A program made the position numbers and the translations under genes. A stretch of DNA of 41,522 nt from Cyanophyceae cyanobacterium (GTDB lineage: Bacteria > Cyanobacteriota > Cyanobacteriia > Cyanobacteriales > Laspinemataceae): assembly GCA_038321985.1 (NCBI GenBank), contig JBBQFN010000044.1, positions 1 to 41,522 on the forward strand, given 5' to 3'. The notes beneath the pieces are model-generated. The model was not told where the DNA came from and searched no databases. It worked only from the letters and a program-made list of their open reading frames with translations. Shown one piece after another: positions 9,792 to 20,605 of this stretch. Position 1 is the first letter of the stretch, and each line of letters begins with the position of its first letter.

Positions 9792-11006
9792 ATGAATATT
9801 TGGGAAAGCCTGGATATGGCAACCAAAACCCTAGTGGCAAATAAAACGCGAAGTACCCTGACTATGTTGGGGATTATTATCGGAAATGCCGCAGTAATTG
9901 CTACCGTCGGGGTAGGGTCAGGAGCACAAAACTTTATAGGGGGACAAATAGAATCCCTTGGAACCAATGTATTGATTATTGCTCCGGGGAATCAGAATAG
10001 CCGCAGACTGGGAGGACCGCCCCAAACTTTGGTATTGGCAGATGCAGAGGCGATCGCATCCCAAGTCCCCGGTATCGTTGGCGTTTCGCCAGAACTCAAC
10101 GGTAGTGAACTCGTGCGCTATGGCAATCAAAACTTTTCGGCGTTGATATTTGGTACCAGGCCCGATTTTCTGACGGTCCGAAATTTTGATATCGAAACAG
10201 GCAGATTTTTAAATGAATTAGATGTTCAACGTAGCAATCCAGTGGTGACCTTAGGCTCGGATTTAGCAATCGCTTTATTTGGGGAAGAAAACCCAATTGG
10301 AGAAAAAGTTCGTATCAAAAATGTCAGCTTAGAAGTGATTGGAGTAATGAAACCCAAAGGTTCATCTTTTGGTACAAATTACGACGAAACCGCTTTAATT
10401 CCAATTACGACCATGGCAAATAAAATTTTGGGACGTCAATCGCCTTATGGACTGCCCCTATCTTTCATTTTTGTAACAATCGCCGATGAACAAGGGATGA
10501 CAATGGCGCAGTTTCAGCTAGAAAATTTACTGCGTCTGCGGCATCGGATTACAGAGGAAGATGATTTTTTCGTTCAAAATCAGCAAGATTTAATGAATAC
10601 CTTTGATGCGATTACAGAGGCGCTGACGGTGTTATTAGCAGCAGTGGCTAGTATCTCGTTGCTGGTAGGGGGGATTGGAATTATGAATATCATGTTGGTA
10701 TCGGTGACGGAACGGACGCAGGAGATTGGGTTGAGAAAGGCAATCGGCGCATCCCAGCAAGATATTTTAATTCAGTTCATCATCGAAGCAGTGATTCTAT
10801 CGGTAGCGGGGGGTCTGATTGGCATTGGGATTGGTGTTGGCGGTATTTTTTTAATTGCGCTCGTCACACCCTTTGAGGCAGGAATTTCCGGAATGGCGAT
10901 TGCCCTAGCAACCAGCGTATCGGGAGGTATCGGCTTATTTTTCGGCGTTGTTCCCGCCCGTCGTGCGGCTCAACTTGACCCTATTGTTGCGTTAAGAAGT
11001 GAGTAA
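9792..11006 (+). CDS. ABC transporter permease, MacB/FtsX family
   Basis: RSTLTMLGIIIG, large periplasmic domain, GGIGIMNIMLVSVTERTQEIGLRKAIGA, PARRAAQLDPIVALR. Confidence 0.93.
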   Translation: MNIWESLDMATKTLVANKTRSTLTMLGIIIGNAAVIATVGVGSGAQNFIGGQIESLGTNVLIIAPGNQNSRRLGGPPQTLVLADAEAIASQVPGIVGVSPELNGSELVRYGNQNFSALIFGTRPDFLTVRNFDIETGRFLNELDVQRSNPVVTLGSDLAIALFGEENPIGEKVRIKNVSLEVIGVMKPKGSSFGTNYDETALIPITTMANKILGRQSPYGLPLSFIFVTIADEQGMTMAQFQLENLLRLRHRITEEDDFFVQNQQDLMNTFDAITEALTVLLAAVASISLLVGGIGIMNIMLVSVTERTQEIGLRKAIGASQQDILIQFIIEAVILSVAGGLIGIGIGVGGIFLIALVTPFEAGISGMAIALATSVSGGIGLFFGVVPARRAAQLDPIVALRSE

Positions 11007-11064
11007 TAAAAGATTGATTTAACAGCGGCAATAAAAGTTTTTATCCATCTCTTTAAAGATTACT

Positions 11065-11823
11065 ATGAACTCTCAAAATCAACTCCAATCAACTCTCCCT
11101 AGTTCCGGACAACAGCCGGCGATCGTGGAACTGAAAGAAGTTTACAAAATTTATGGGTCAGGCAATACAGAAGTGCAAGCACTTAAGGGCGTTAATTTAA
11201 CAATTCATCAAGGGGAATATTGCTCAATTATGGGGGCGTCCGGGTCGGGGAAGTCTACGGCGATGAATATTATTGGCTGCCTAGATAGACCCAGTAGGGG
11301 ATATTATTATTTGGATGAAGTAGATGTTACCCAAATGGAAGATGCTAATTTAGCAAAAATTCGTAACTTAAAGTTAGGATTTGTTTTTCAACAATATCAC
11401 TTGCTACCCCAACTCAGCGCCCTCGAAAATGTCATGTTGCCGATGGTGTATGCGGGAATTCCCACCTCGGAACGACGCGATCGCTCCGTAGCAGCTTTAA
11501 CCCGGGTCGGCTTAGAAAACAGAATGAACAATAAGCCAAATCAGATGTCCGGAGGACAACAACAACGGGTGGCGATCGCTCGTGCCATTGTCAACCAGCC
11601 CGTTTTACTATTAGCTGACGAACCCACGGGCGCTTTAGACACCAAAACTACTGAAGAAGTCATTTATATTTTTTCAGAACTTAATGCCAGTGGAATGACA
11701 ATTGTCATGGTAACTCATGAACCTGAAGTCGCTCGTGCTAGCAAAAGAATCGTCATGTTTCGCGATGGAGAAGTCATTCATTCCCATCTTACTCCGGCTG
11801 ATTTGCAGGGAGCAATTTTTTAA
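11065..11823 (+). CDS. ABC transporter ATP-binding protein, MacB/LolD family
   Basis: [37 protein letters not shown]. Confidence 0.93.
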   Translation: MNSQNQLQSTLPSSGQQPAIVELKEVYKIYGSGNTEVQALKGVNLTIHQGEYCSIMGASGSGKSTAMNIIGCLDRPSRGYYYLDEVDVTQMEDANLAKIRNLKLGFVFQQYHLLPQLSALENVMLPMVYAGIPTSERRDRSVAALTRVGLENRMNNKPNQMSGGQQQRVAIARAIVNQPVLLLADEPTGALDTKTTEEVIYIFSELNASGMTIVMVTHEPEVARASKRIVMFRDGEVIHSHLTPADLQGAIF

Positions 11824-11981
11824 AGGGTATTTTTCTTAAAAATAACAGTCCTTAAAATATTTGATTATTTCAAAATCAAATATTATTAGGTTTAATACCG
11901 GCTTAAAAATCTGCCATCCTGATTAAAACCGCTCTCCTTCTTGGGCAATATTCCCCAAAAACTCCCTGAGAGGCTAAACCT

Positions 11982-14900
11982 ATGAGGCTTATATTTTTTC
12001 GTCGGAACCGCGTCCGGATGCTTTTTTATATGGGCGCGTTTCTGTTGGCATTAGTATTTCCTTTTCTTTTCTCTCCTGCACCCCTATTAGAGGGTTCTCC
12101 ACGAGGTATTGAACCCCCGCCTATTCCCTTAACGCAAGGATGGCATTACCGCTGGGGAGACTCCCCTGTAGATGAAACCGGATTGCCATTATGGACTTAT
12201 CAAGATGGGTCCAACTCCACATGGCAACCGTTGGAGGTTTCGCAAAAAATTCGTAAACCATCGGGATTAGAAACGGTTTGGTTGCGGGTTCCCTTACCCC
12301 CCTTAGATTGGAAATATCCGAATCTCGATTTTCGGGGAGTTCCCGATGCTATAGCGATTTATCACGATCAGCAATTAATTGAGTCCTTTAATGATGATGG
12401 CAACTCTGGAGAAATCTTAATTAAACATTATGATTGGCCGATTTTGCCCTTAAATTCGACACTTCCCGGCTCAACCCTCTTTTTTAAAGTGGATATGCGC
12501 TACTCAAATGAGATCGGGGTAGGGGGTTTAGGAGGCGTTCATGTTGGGTCTCACTCAGATTTAATTAAGCTGTTAATAGTTCGAGATATTGATCGCCTCA
12601 TCTTGGGATGCCTATTTTTAGGCATTTCTGGATTTGCAGTAATTGTAGGGATAAAAAATTCCAAAGAAAGAAATCCTTGTCTTTCTTTTGCTTTAGCCTC
12701 CAGTATTATCGCTATTCATATTTTATCCCATACCCAAATTATTTCTTTAGTTTTAAATTACTCTCCTCTAATTTATGGGATTAGAAAAAGTGCTCTTTAT
12801 TTAATGCCCGTTGGCATTTGTTTGTTTTTTGAAAAAACTTTTGGTCCAGGTTATTTCTTTCAAATTAGACGACTCTGGCAAATTCATATTTTTTACGCCC
12901 TGGGGGCCTTAATGCTCACGGCCATCAACTCAGTCGCTGGAGTGCAAGCCCTGCCATTTTTCTATGGATTGACAATCTTTACCACGGCTGTTGTTTTATC
13001 TACCGGAATTCGAGTCGCAGCAAAAGGAAATACTGAAGCCAAGCTATTTATTGCAGGATTTGGATGTTTGGCTTTATTTAGTATTCATGATATTTTAATA
13101 AATTTCGATATTCTACAGGGAGAAAAATCTATTTACTACTGGGGGATGTTTGGCTTAATTATTTTTCTAGGATTTATTTTAGAAGGTCGCTTTACTGAAA
13201 CTCGCAAGCGTTTGCAAGAGTATTCTCAACAGCTAGAATTTCAGAATGCAGCGTTGCAAAAAATGGACCGTATTAAAGATGAATTTTTAGCGAATACCTC
13301 CCACGAACTACGAACCCCCCTAAATGGCATTATTGGAATTGCTGACTCGATGATCGATGGAGCCACTGGACCTCTGAATGCGACTCAAATTAGTAATTTA
13401 TCAATGGTTACTTACAGTGGCAGACGGTTGGCTCAGTTAATCGACGATATTTTAGATTTTGCTAAACTCAAGCACAATACGATTGAACTCAACTTAAAGC
13501 CAATCGGAATTAAAGAAATTACCGATATAGTGGTTACCCTTTGTCAACCGCTGGTTACTCAAAAAGGATTGGTATTAATTAATTCGATTTCCCCGGAACT
13601 TCCGCCGGTTGATGGGGATGAAAATCGAGTGCAGCAAATTCTTTATAATTTAGTGGGAAATGCGATTAAGTTTACCCAGAGGGGGCAAATTGAAATAACC
13701 GGAGAAATTTTGAGTACAGCGGATGAACATTTCAGGGAAGTAAATGCAGAAACACGGGAGGCGATCGCCCAGAGTGATAGTAAACAGCTTGCTATCACGA
13801 TTTCCGATACCGGAATTGGGATACCCCCTCAAAATATTTCTCAAATTTTTGAATCTTTTAAGCAGGGAGATGGTTCGATTTCCAGAGAATATGGGGGTAC
13901 TGGTTTAGGGTTAGCAGTGACTAAAAGGCTAGTAGAATTACATGGGGGCCAAATTTGGGTCAAATCTCATGCCGGACAAGGATCTCAGTTTACCTTCACG
14001 TTACCTCTCTCCCAAAATTCCCCAGAGTTTTATCCCGTGCCGATGCCTAGCGATCGCCTTGCATCAAGACTGCTTCCAACTCGAAGCTATCCGGATTCCG
14101 ACTCCTACTCCGGGCTTAATATCTCGGCGGGTACTACTAGCAACAACTCTTCTGAATTAAGCATCAATAATGGAGAATTTAAAATTTTAATTGTGGATGA
14201 TGAACCGATTAATTTACAAGTTTTAATTAATCATTTATCTCTCCATAATTATAGTCTTATTCAAGCTACAAATGGCCGGGAAGCGTTAGAAAAAATTCAG
14301 AATGGGTTTCACCCCGATTTAGTCATTCTCGATGTGATGATGCCCCACATGAGTGGGTATGAAGTCTGTGAAAAAATTCGGGAACGTTTTCCAGCGGCTC
14401 AACTGCCTGTAGTGATGTTGACAGCAAAGGATCGAGTTTCTGATGTAGTAGAAGGATTGAGTGCTGGGGCTAATGATTATCTAGTTAAGCCGGTTTCCAA
14501 ACAAGAGCTTTTAGCCCGAATCAAAACACAACTTCAGCTTTCTAATATTAACAATTCTTTACGGAGATTTGTTCCTTATGAATTTTTACATTTGTTAGAA
14601 AGAGAAAGTATCATTGATGTTAGACTGGGAGACCAAGTATTAAAAGAAATGACGGTTTTATTCTCCGATATTCGGTCTTTCACGACCTTATCTGAGGGAT
14701 TGTCTCCTAAAGAAAATTTTGATTTTATCAACGATTACTTGAGTCGTGTAGGCCCGGTGATTCGGAACCATAATGGGTTTATTGATAAATATATTGGCGA
14801 TGCAGTGATGGCCCTGTTTCCAGAACGGGTAGATGATGCGATCGCCGCATCAATTGCCATGCAACAAGAAGTGACTCGCTATAATAGCGATCGCCTCAAA

Positions 14901-15407
14901 TCCGGCCAATCTCCTATTACCATTGGCGTAGGTTTACACACGGGCAGCTTGATGCTTGGAACTATTGGCGAAGAACAGCGGATGGAAACTACGGTTATCG
15001 CTGATGCAGTCAATTTAGCTTCTCGATTAGAAGGCTTAACTAAATTATATGGGGCTTCTATTTTGATTAGCGAACAAACATTAAAACAAGTAACTCATCC
15101 CAATTCCTATCGCTCCCGATTTTTAGAAACAGTTCAAGTTAAAGGCAAGCAGCAACCTGTAGGAGTTGTAGAAATTTTCAATTCTGATCCCGTAGAAATT
15201 CAGGAACTTAAACTATTAACTCAGCCTGATTTTGAACAAGGAATAACCCTTTATCAAGAAAAAAATTGGGATAGAGCAGGGGAAAGTTTTAGGAAGATTT
15301 TAAACCTTAATCCCCAAGATACAGCCTCGGCATTTTATCTTAAGCGCTGCAATCTTTATAACACCCAGGGAATACCTGACTCTTGGTATGGAGTGGAAAT
15401 TCTTTAG
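11982..15407 (+). CDS. Membrane hybrid sensor histidine kinase / receiver / class III adenylate cyclase
   Basis: Extracellular domain plus multi-TM region (7TM-DISM-like), H-box SHELRTPL, N-box NLVGNAIKF, G boxes DTGIG and GGTGLGL, REC (VDD...LDVMMP...LTAK...KP), cyclase FSDIRSFT...DKYIGD...VNLASRLE. Confidence 0.9.
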   Translation: MRLIFFRRNRVRMLFYMGAFLLALVFPFLFSPAPLLEGSPRGIEPPPIPLTQGWHYRWGDSPVDETGLPLWTYQDGSNSTWQPLEVSQKIRKPSGLETVWLRVPLPPLDWKYPNLDFRGVPDAIAIYHDQQLIESFNDDGNSGEILIKHYDWPILPLNSTLPGSTLFFKVDMRYSNEIGVGGLGGVHVGSHSDLIKLLIVRDIDRLILGCLFLGISGFAVIVGIKNSKERNPCLSFALASSIIAIHILSHTQIISLVLNYSPLIYGIRKSALYLMPVGICLFFEKTFGPGYFFQIRRLWQIHIFYALGALMLTAINSVAGVQALPFFYGLTIFTTAVVLSTGIRVAAKGNTEAKLFIAGFGCLALFSIHDILINFDILQGEKSIYYWGMFGLIIFLGFILEGRFTETRKRLQEYSQQLEFQNAALQKMDRIKDEFLANTSHELRTPLNGIIGIADSMIDGATGPLNATQISNLSMVTYSGRRLAQLIDDILDFAKLKHNTIELNLKPIGIKEITDIVVTLCQPLVTQKGLVLINSISPELPPVDGDENRVQQILYNLVGNAIKFTQRGQIEITGEILSTADEHFREVNAETREAIAQSDSKQLAITISDTGIGIPPQNISQIFESFKQGDGSISREYGGTGLGLAVTKRLVELHGGQIWVKSHAGQGSQFTFTLPLSQNSPEFYPVPMPSDRLASRLLPTRSYPDSDSYSGLNISAGTTSNNSSELSINNGEFKILIVDDEPINLQVLINHLSLHNYSLIQATNGREALEKIQNGFHPDLVILDVMMPHMSGYEVCEKIRERFPAAQLPVVMLTAKDRVSDVVEGLSAGANDYLVKPVSKQELLARIKTQLQLSNINNSLRRFVPYEFLHLLERESIIDVRLGDQVLKEMTVLFSDIRSFTTLSEGLSPKENFDFINDYLSRVGPVIRNHNGFIDKYIGDAVMALFPERVDDAIAASIAMQQEVTRYNSDRLKSGQSPITIGVGLHTGSLMLGTIGEEQRMETTVIADAVNLASRLEGLTKLYGASILISEQTLKQVTHPNSYRSRFLETVQVKGKQQPVGVVEIFNSDPVEIQELKLLTQPDFEQGITLYQEKNWDRAGESFRKILNLNPQDTASAFYLKRCNLYNTQGIPDSWYGVEIL

Positions 15408-16200
15408 GGATATTTTTTTATTTGATTTACCATGATAGGGGATTCGGACGTCCCTAATTCAATTCCCGTTCAATTCCTCGCCTCAACCTACTTTTACTGG
15501 AAGTGAACCGCCACTGAATCAAAAATTGGGATGGGGTTTAGCTGCCCTAAAATCCGTAAACGTGAATAGCCAAATATTTTTCCCAGTGTCTTTGCTGATC
15601 AGTCGGTGTTGGGAAAAGAGGAGGATTTTTCCAAAAGTTGATAGGTTTCAGAAAAAATTTGGGAAAAATAATAAACTCGATTGACTGGACAAACGTGAAA
15701 TCAAGGAAAACAAGTATCAATAGACGAAAAGATCTATCTAAGGTAGAAGGGGTTAGATGAGCTCTTTATTTATTATGAAAGAAACATTAGAGTAGCTTCC
15801 CGTCGAAAATAGGAGGAAGAATCTTCCTTTCCTACAAGTGAGGCTGCTTGCTGTACAACTAGCTAGCAATCCGCCTAAAATCAGGGCGGCTCTGTCAAGA
15901 ACCCTTGGCACTTCTAACTTTTTAAAAAGAAAAGGAACTTAACTCGATAGGGATGAACGAGGGATAGAAGCAGGGGTAGGACCGCCGTAGCCCCGGGAGG
16001 GAAAGACTCAGATTTACTGTGGCTACCACCTTGGGTAGGATAGTTCCTATTACTTGGGTAAAGTAACCTTGAGGGAGCAGGGTACAGGTGATGGAGGTCA
16101 CTTAGATCTATTATGAAAGGTCACTTCGGGTAGTTGCAGCGATCGCTTAGTCGCAACAATGGATGATTCATAATAAACTCAAGGGAGTTATTTTATAAAA

Positions 16201-17331
16201 ATGCCATCGTTAAAATATCAAACGACGGGACTCGAAAGGGGATTCCCTAGGGCAGTCAATGACAGGCGAATGGAGAATGCTATAGCTGGCGTGAGTAAAA
16301 AATCATCGGCCCAGGACAAAGAAGCGCCTCTGATCTTGGTCGTAGATGATGACCGTTTTATGCGGGATCTCCTCCGTCAAGTCATGGAAAAAGAAGGCTA
16401 TCGGGTGGCAGAAGCAGAAAATGGACTTCAGGGTTTAGAGGCGTTTATTCGTCTGCATCCTGATATGGTTTTACTGGATGCCATCATGCCTGTTATGGAT
16501 GGTTTTACTTGCTGCAATAAGCTGCACGCCCTGTTCGAGGATGATTCTTCCGGGGAGTATGACTTTGCATCCCGCACCCCGATATTAATGATTACGAGTC
16601 TTGAGGATAGTAAATCGGTGGACTACGCTTTCGAGGTAGGGGCGGTGGATTTCGTCACGAAACCGATTCACTGGGCTGTGTTGCGTCAACGCGTTAGACG
16701 ATTACTGGAACAAGCACAACTTTATCGGCAGCTACAAGCAGCAAATGAAGAATTGCAGCGTCTAGCCTTTCTTGATGGATTGACTCGGATTGCCAACCGT
16801 CGGGGGTTTGACAAAGCCTTGCAACAAGAGTGGCGGCGATTGATTCGCGAAACCCTCTCAACACAAAACGTAGGGACAGAAACTCATTTTCTAGAGAGCC
16901 CCTCCTCCTTATCTTTAATTTTGTGTGATGTAGACTTTTTTAAGCGCTATAACGATTCCTGTGGACATTTAGCTGGAGATCAATGTTTACAAGAAGTTGC
17001 TGAGGCCCTGAGTCGAGCGGTAGAGCGTCCAGGGGATTTGGTGGCCCGTTATGGGGGAGAAGAATTTGCTGTGTTGCTCCCCAATACTGATGCTGCGGGT
17101 GCGGTGAGTGTGGCTCAAAAAATTCGGACTGAAATCCGCAATTTACAGATTCCCCATCCTACTTCTTCGGTGAGTGAGTTTATTACCGTAAGTTTGGGAG
17201 TTACTGCCACAATTCCTAGTCCCAATACGGTGCCTTCGGAGTTAATTTCTATTGCTGACAAAGCTTTATACCAAGCTAAAGAATCCGGGCGCGATCGCCT
17301 GATTTTAAAAATTTTTCTACTGCCTAATTAA
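16201..17331 (+). CDS. Response-regulator diguanylate cyclase (REC-GGDEF, PleD-like)
   Basis: REC (VVDDD, LLDAIMP, KP), DGLTRIANRR, DVDFFKRYND, I-site RPGD, GGEEF. True start may be downstream (ATG 16270). Confidence 0.93.
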   Translation: MPSLKYQTTGLERGFPRAVNDRRMENAIAGVSKKSSAQDKEAPLILVVDDDRFMRDLLRQVMEKEGYRVAEAENGLQGLEAFIRLHPDMVLLDAIMPVMDGFTCCNKLHALFEDDSSGEYDFASRTPILMITSLEDSKSVDYAFEVGAVDFVTKPIHWAVLRQRVRRLLEQAQLYRQLQAANEELQRLAFLDGLTRIANRRGFDKALQQEWRRLIRETLSTQNVGTETHFLESPSSLSLILCDVDFFKRYNDSCGHLAGDQCLQEVAEALSRAVERPGDLVARYGGEEFAVLLPNTDAAGAVSVAQKIRTEIRNLQIPHPTSSVSEFITVSLGVTATIPSPNTVPSELISIADKALYQAKESGRDRLILKIFLLPN

Positions 17332-17538
17332 GGGGAATATTGCAGATAATAGAGGTTGCGTGGGATTGGGTTAAATAAACTGTTTTTTTTGCCGGCGATC
17401 GCACTTAATTTGAATCATTTTTAATCGAGTAGGCGCGTCTGAACTTCTTACGAATTATCTCCCTGTAACAAGCCCCCACTCCTCTACTTTATCCCGCAAA
17501 TTATTGAAATTCCCTCTAGATAAGATTTAAAAAGAGAA

Positions 17539-17563
17539 AAAGGGTGGGAATTTCCCACCCTTT
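17539..17563. terminator. Bidirectional intrinsic terminator
   Basis: AAAGGGTGGGAA-T-TTCCCACCCTTT between convergent genes, A-rich on one side and T-rich on the other. Confidence 0.75.
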
Positions 17564-17569
17564 CAACTT

Positions 17570-18238
17570 TCAAACTACCGTAGATAAACCGACTTGTGCT
17601 ATTTGAGCCACCGGTGAAACTTCATCTTGTGCCAAGGTTTCTAAGACTGGACGAGCTTCAGGACCCCCAAGCTGTCCTAATGCTTGGGCAACGCGATGCC
17701 GAATCTGCCAATCGGCATCGGTGGCGTAGGGAATTAATAATGCAGTCGCTCGGCGATCGCCAAGTTCCCCCAAGGAACCGATCGCGGCTGTTTTGATTAA
17801 ACTTTCTGAAGAATTGAGAGCATCTTCTAAGAGAGAAAAAGATCGACTATCCCCCAATTCTCCTAATGCAGCAACGATACTGAGTTTAAGGAGCCATTCA
17901 GAGGTATTTTGATATAGCTGCTGCAACTCTTCAAATGCTTCCGTTAGTTGCAGACCCCCGAGAGAGTCAGCAGCAGCAGCTTGTACGTCAGTTTCAGAAT
18001 CATTTAAGAGGCGATCGCGCAGGACGGTTAAAGCCGTCTCTCGATCCATCTTTCCCAAACTTGCCATTTGACTAACTGCGGCATACCGCACCCGAGCACT
18101 ACTATCTTGAATAGTAGGTAAAATCAGTTCCAACGCGATCGCGGGTTCAAGCTGCCGAAGTTGATTGACTCCGCGCAGGCGATCGCCCATTGTTTCTGAA
18201 TGGAGTAATTCCCTCACTGACTCTGGAGTAACGTTCAT
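17570..18238 (-). CDS. nblB: Phycobilisome degradation protein NblB (HEAT/PBS-lyase repeats)
   Basis: GDRLRGVNQLRQL, RVRYAAVSQ, DVQAAAADSLG, WQIRHRVAQAL HEAT repeats; adjacent to a CBS gene. Confidence 0.85.
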   Translation of the reverse strand: MNVTPESVRELLHSETMGDRLRGVNQLRQLEPAIALELILPTIQDSSARVRYAAVSQMASLGKMDRETALTVLRDRLLNDSETDVQAAAADSLGGLQLTEAFEELQQLYQNTSEWLLKLSIVAALGELGDSRSFSLLEDALNSSESLIKTAAIGSLGELGDRRATALLIPYATDADWQIRHRVAQALGQLGGPEARPVLETLAQDEVSPVAQIAQVGLSTVV

Positions 18239-18399
18239 TTTTTATTGTGTGTTCCTTATCTGGTATTCCTTAATCCAAATTAAACAGATCTTCATTCCGG
18301 TTGATCCGTTGCTTCCTAGTTATCATCTGCTACCTTTTATCCTTCAAGTTATCTTTCAGGACCCCAAGACTATCCCCCTCAAAAGGTTAACTTTTACCC

Positions 18400-18858
18400 T
18401 TACTCAATTGCCATCGCCCGTACAATATCACCCCGTGTGAGGATACCGATTGGCTTACCTGCCGAATCAATTACAGGTAAGCGATTTACTCCCTTTTCAT
18501 GCATTAATTCTGCCGCCTCTCGTAAAAACTTCTCGGCTATAATCGTTTGAGGGTTTTTTGTCATAACTTCCCCCACAGTTTGCCCCAGTGCCTTATGCAA
18601 ATCGCGTTGATATTTTGCGGGATTTTCTAAATAAATCACACTATCAAGCACCATAATATAGGGCGGCGGCGTTACTCCACTTTCGCGCCACATGAGGTCT
18701 CCTTGAGAAATAATCCCCATCAATTTTCCGGCAGCGTCTACTACGGGAATACCGCTGATCCGCTGATCCGCCATAATTTGGATCGCTTCATCTAAAGGAG
18801 TCTGCGCATTGACGACGATCGGATCTCGCGTCATAATCTCGGCAACTGTTTTCGCCAT
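18400..18858 (-). CDS. CBS-pair domain protein
   Basis: TVAEIMT...ISGIPVVD...GIIS and TVGEVMT...NRLPVID...GILTRGD. Confidence 0.92.
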   Translation of the reverse strand: MAKTVAEIMTRDPIVVNAQTPLDEAIQIMADQRISGIPVVDAAGKLMGIISQGDLMWRESGVTPPPYIMVLDSVIYLENPAKYQRDLHKALGQTVGEVMTKNPQTIIAEKFLREAAELMHEKGVNRLPVIDSAGKPIGILTRGDIVRAMAIE

Positions 18859-19161
18859 TTTCTTTTATCTTTATTTCAAGCTAATTTGTGACCGTGAGCT
18901 AAAACCTTGAGTTATGAGTCCGGCTGCATCTGTGGAGTCGAACTGGATGGTTTAAACCCAGCTTCACGGGTTTTTAACCCGGATCCCAAGTTGTAGCTAG
19001 GTCGGGTCCCTTGAATTTAAAAGTGACCGTAAAGGAGATTTTCTCAGATATTCGGACAAAAGTCGATGTTTCTACCGTAGGCCAAAGTTCCCTTTTTCTA
19101 CACTTAACCAGAAAACCATAGACTCGGGCAGCTAGAATCAAATTGTAAAGATTTATTTCTC

Positions 19162-19488
19162 TTGGAGGCTATGATACCCCCCGACTGCCCAGACCCTGTT
19201 GATCGGAATATCTCTATTTGTCAGTACCAATCTTGTCAGCGTCACGGATCCCAGGCAGTCCTCAAAGCGTTTCAACAGACGCCACTCCCCCCAGGAGTAA
19301 CCGTCAATGGCACGGGTTGTCTGGGACAGTGTAGCTCGGGTCCCACGGTTAAGGTTAACCCCGATAATGTCTGGTATTGTCGAGTCAAGCCCACTGATGT
19401 ATCGGCGATTGTAGACCGCCATTTAGAAAAGGGTGAGCCAGTTGAAGAGTTACTCAATCCCCGAATTCACCTGAAATTTTATTTTTAA
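19162..19488 (+). CDS. Thioredoxin-like [2Fe-2S] ferredoxin
   Basis: C-x4-C...GCLGQCSSGP...WY...IVDRHL pattern. Confidence 0.88.
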   Translation: MEAMIPPDCPDPVDRNISICQYQSCQRHGSQAVLKAFQQTPLPPGVTVNGTGCLGQCSSGPTVKVNPDNVWYCRVKPTDVSAIVDRHLEKGEPVEELLNPRIHLKFYF

Positions 19489-19575
19489 TTGATCACCTCA
19501 AAAGAAAGGGGCGATCGCCACCAGTTGGCTTCATAATAAAGACCACGGTGGCTGACTCGCTCCCTTCCCTTAAAA

Positions 19576-20481
19576 TCATGAACTTACCTGAGAATGAACC
19601 CAATCGTGAATCAACTCATTCACCCGATCCGGAATTTCATCATGAGGACAGTGGCCTGCATCGAGAAAATATTCGGTAACCTGGGGATAATATTGACGAA
19701 ATTTATAGCTACGCTCCTTGACTTTCATCCAAGGGTCTCCTTCTCCCCACAAGGTTAACAGCGGAACCTTAAGCTGGGAAAGCAAGACATCCACTTTTTC
19801 CCCGGGTGGCGTTTTAAAAATAGCCGAGAATACCTGAGCAGCACCGCGATCGCAAGAGGGACGATAAATTTCTTCCACCAGTTGCTCCGTCACTGCCGAG
19901 GAGTCTCGGTAAACTTTCCTCAACGTCTTGCGAATGGTGGCACGGCGGCGCGTCCATTGGAACAAGAGAAAACTAACCCAATTTTGTCGAAAAGCTGATT
20001 TCAAAGCGGCATTAAAGGCTTTGCGATGCAATGGAGGTTCGGGGAGGGGGTCGGTTTCTGTAAAGGGACCGGCACTGTTGAGTAAAACGACTCCGGCAAC
20101 GGAGTCGGGACATTGAGCAGCCAAACATAAAGCCGCATATCCCCCGAGAGAGTTGCCGATCACTACCGCCGGTTTACCAATCTGTTCTTGAATGAAATCA
20201 TGTAATTGGTCCCGCCAGAGTTCTCCACTGTAAATGCAGTTGGGTTTAGCCGATCGCCCAAATCCCAACAAATCGATCGCCCAAACTTCAAATTCAGTTT
20301 GTAATCCAGCGATCGTTTTTCGCCAATGGTCAGTAGAGGCCCCAAAACCATGAATGAGCAGTAGGGGGGGCTTATTGGGATGGCGATCGCCTGCCTGAAC
20401 GTAATAAATAGACTGATCGCGCCATTGCCAGTATGCACCCGGTATCGGCTCAGTGTGGATTAACGAGGTTACCTGCATCAC
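19576..20481 (-). CDS. Alpha/beta fold hydrolase
   Basis: HGFGAS, DLLGFGRS, nucleophile elbow GNSLG, WGEGDPW, GHCPHDE. Confidence 0.92.
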   Translation of the reverse strand: MMQVTSLIHTEPIPGAYWQWRDQSIYYVQAGDRHPNKPPLLLIHGFGASTDHWRKTIAGLQTEFEVWAIDLLGFGRSAKPNCIYSGELWRDQLHDFIQEQIGKPAVVIGNSLGGYAALCLAAQCPDSVAGVVLLNSAGPFTETDPLPEPPLHRKAFNAALKSAFRQNWVSFLLFQWTRRRATIRKTLRKVYRDSSAVTEQLVEEIYRPSCDRGAAQVFSAIFKTPPGEKVDVLLSQLKVPLLTLWGEGDPWMKVKERSYKFRQYYPQVTEYFLDAGHCPHDEIPDRVNELIHDWVHSQVSS

Positions 20482-20605
20482 TTAAAACTATTTTGTGCCC
20501 TTAAAAAAATAACTCTCTTAATTATAAAGGGCGATCGGCTAGGGTGGCATCCCCTCTCTTTAACCGCCCTCCTTTTGTCCGTCATTTCCCCTGATTTCCT
20601 CCTTT

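Noticed and set aside
7248..17500. Genomic island integrated at tRNA-Val
   Set aside because: No integrase and no duplicated tRNA 3' end was found; downstream genes contain HIP1 like the rest of the window.
18921..18990. GTTCGACTC on the minus strand suggesting a tRNA remnant
   Set aside because: Flanks do not form a T-stem and no cloverleaf can be built.
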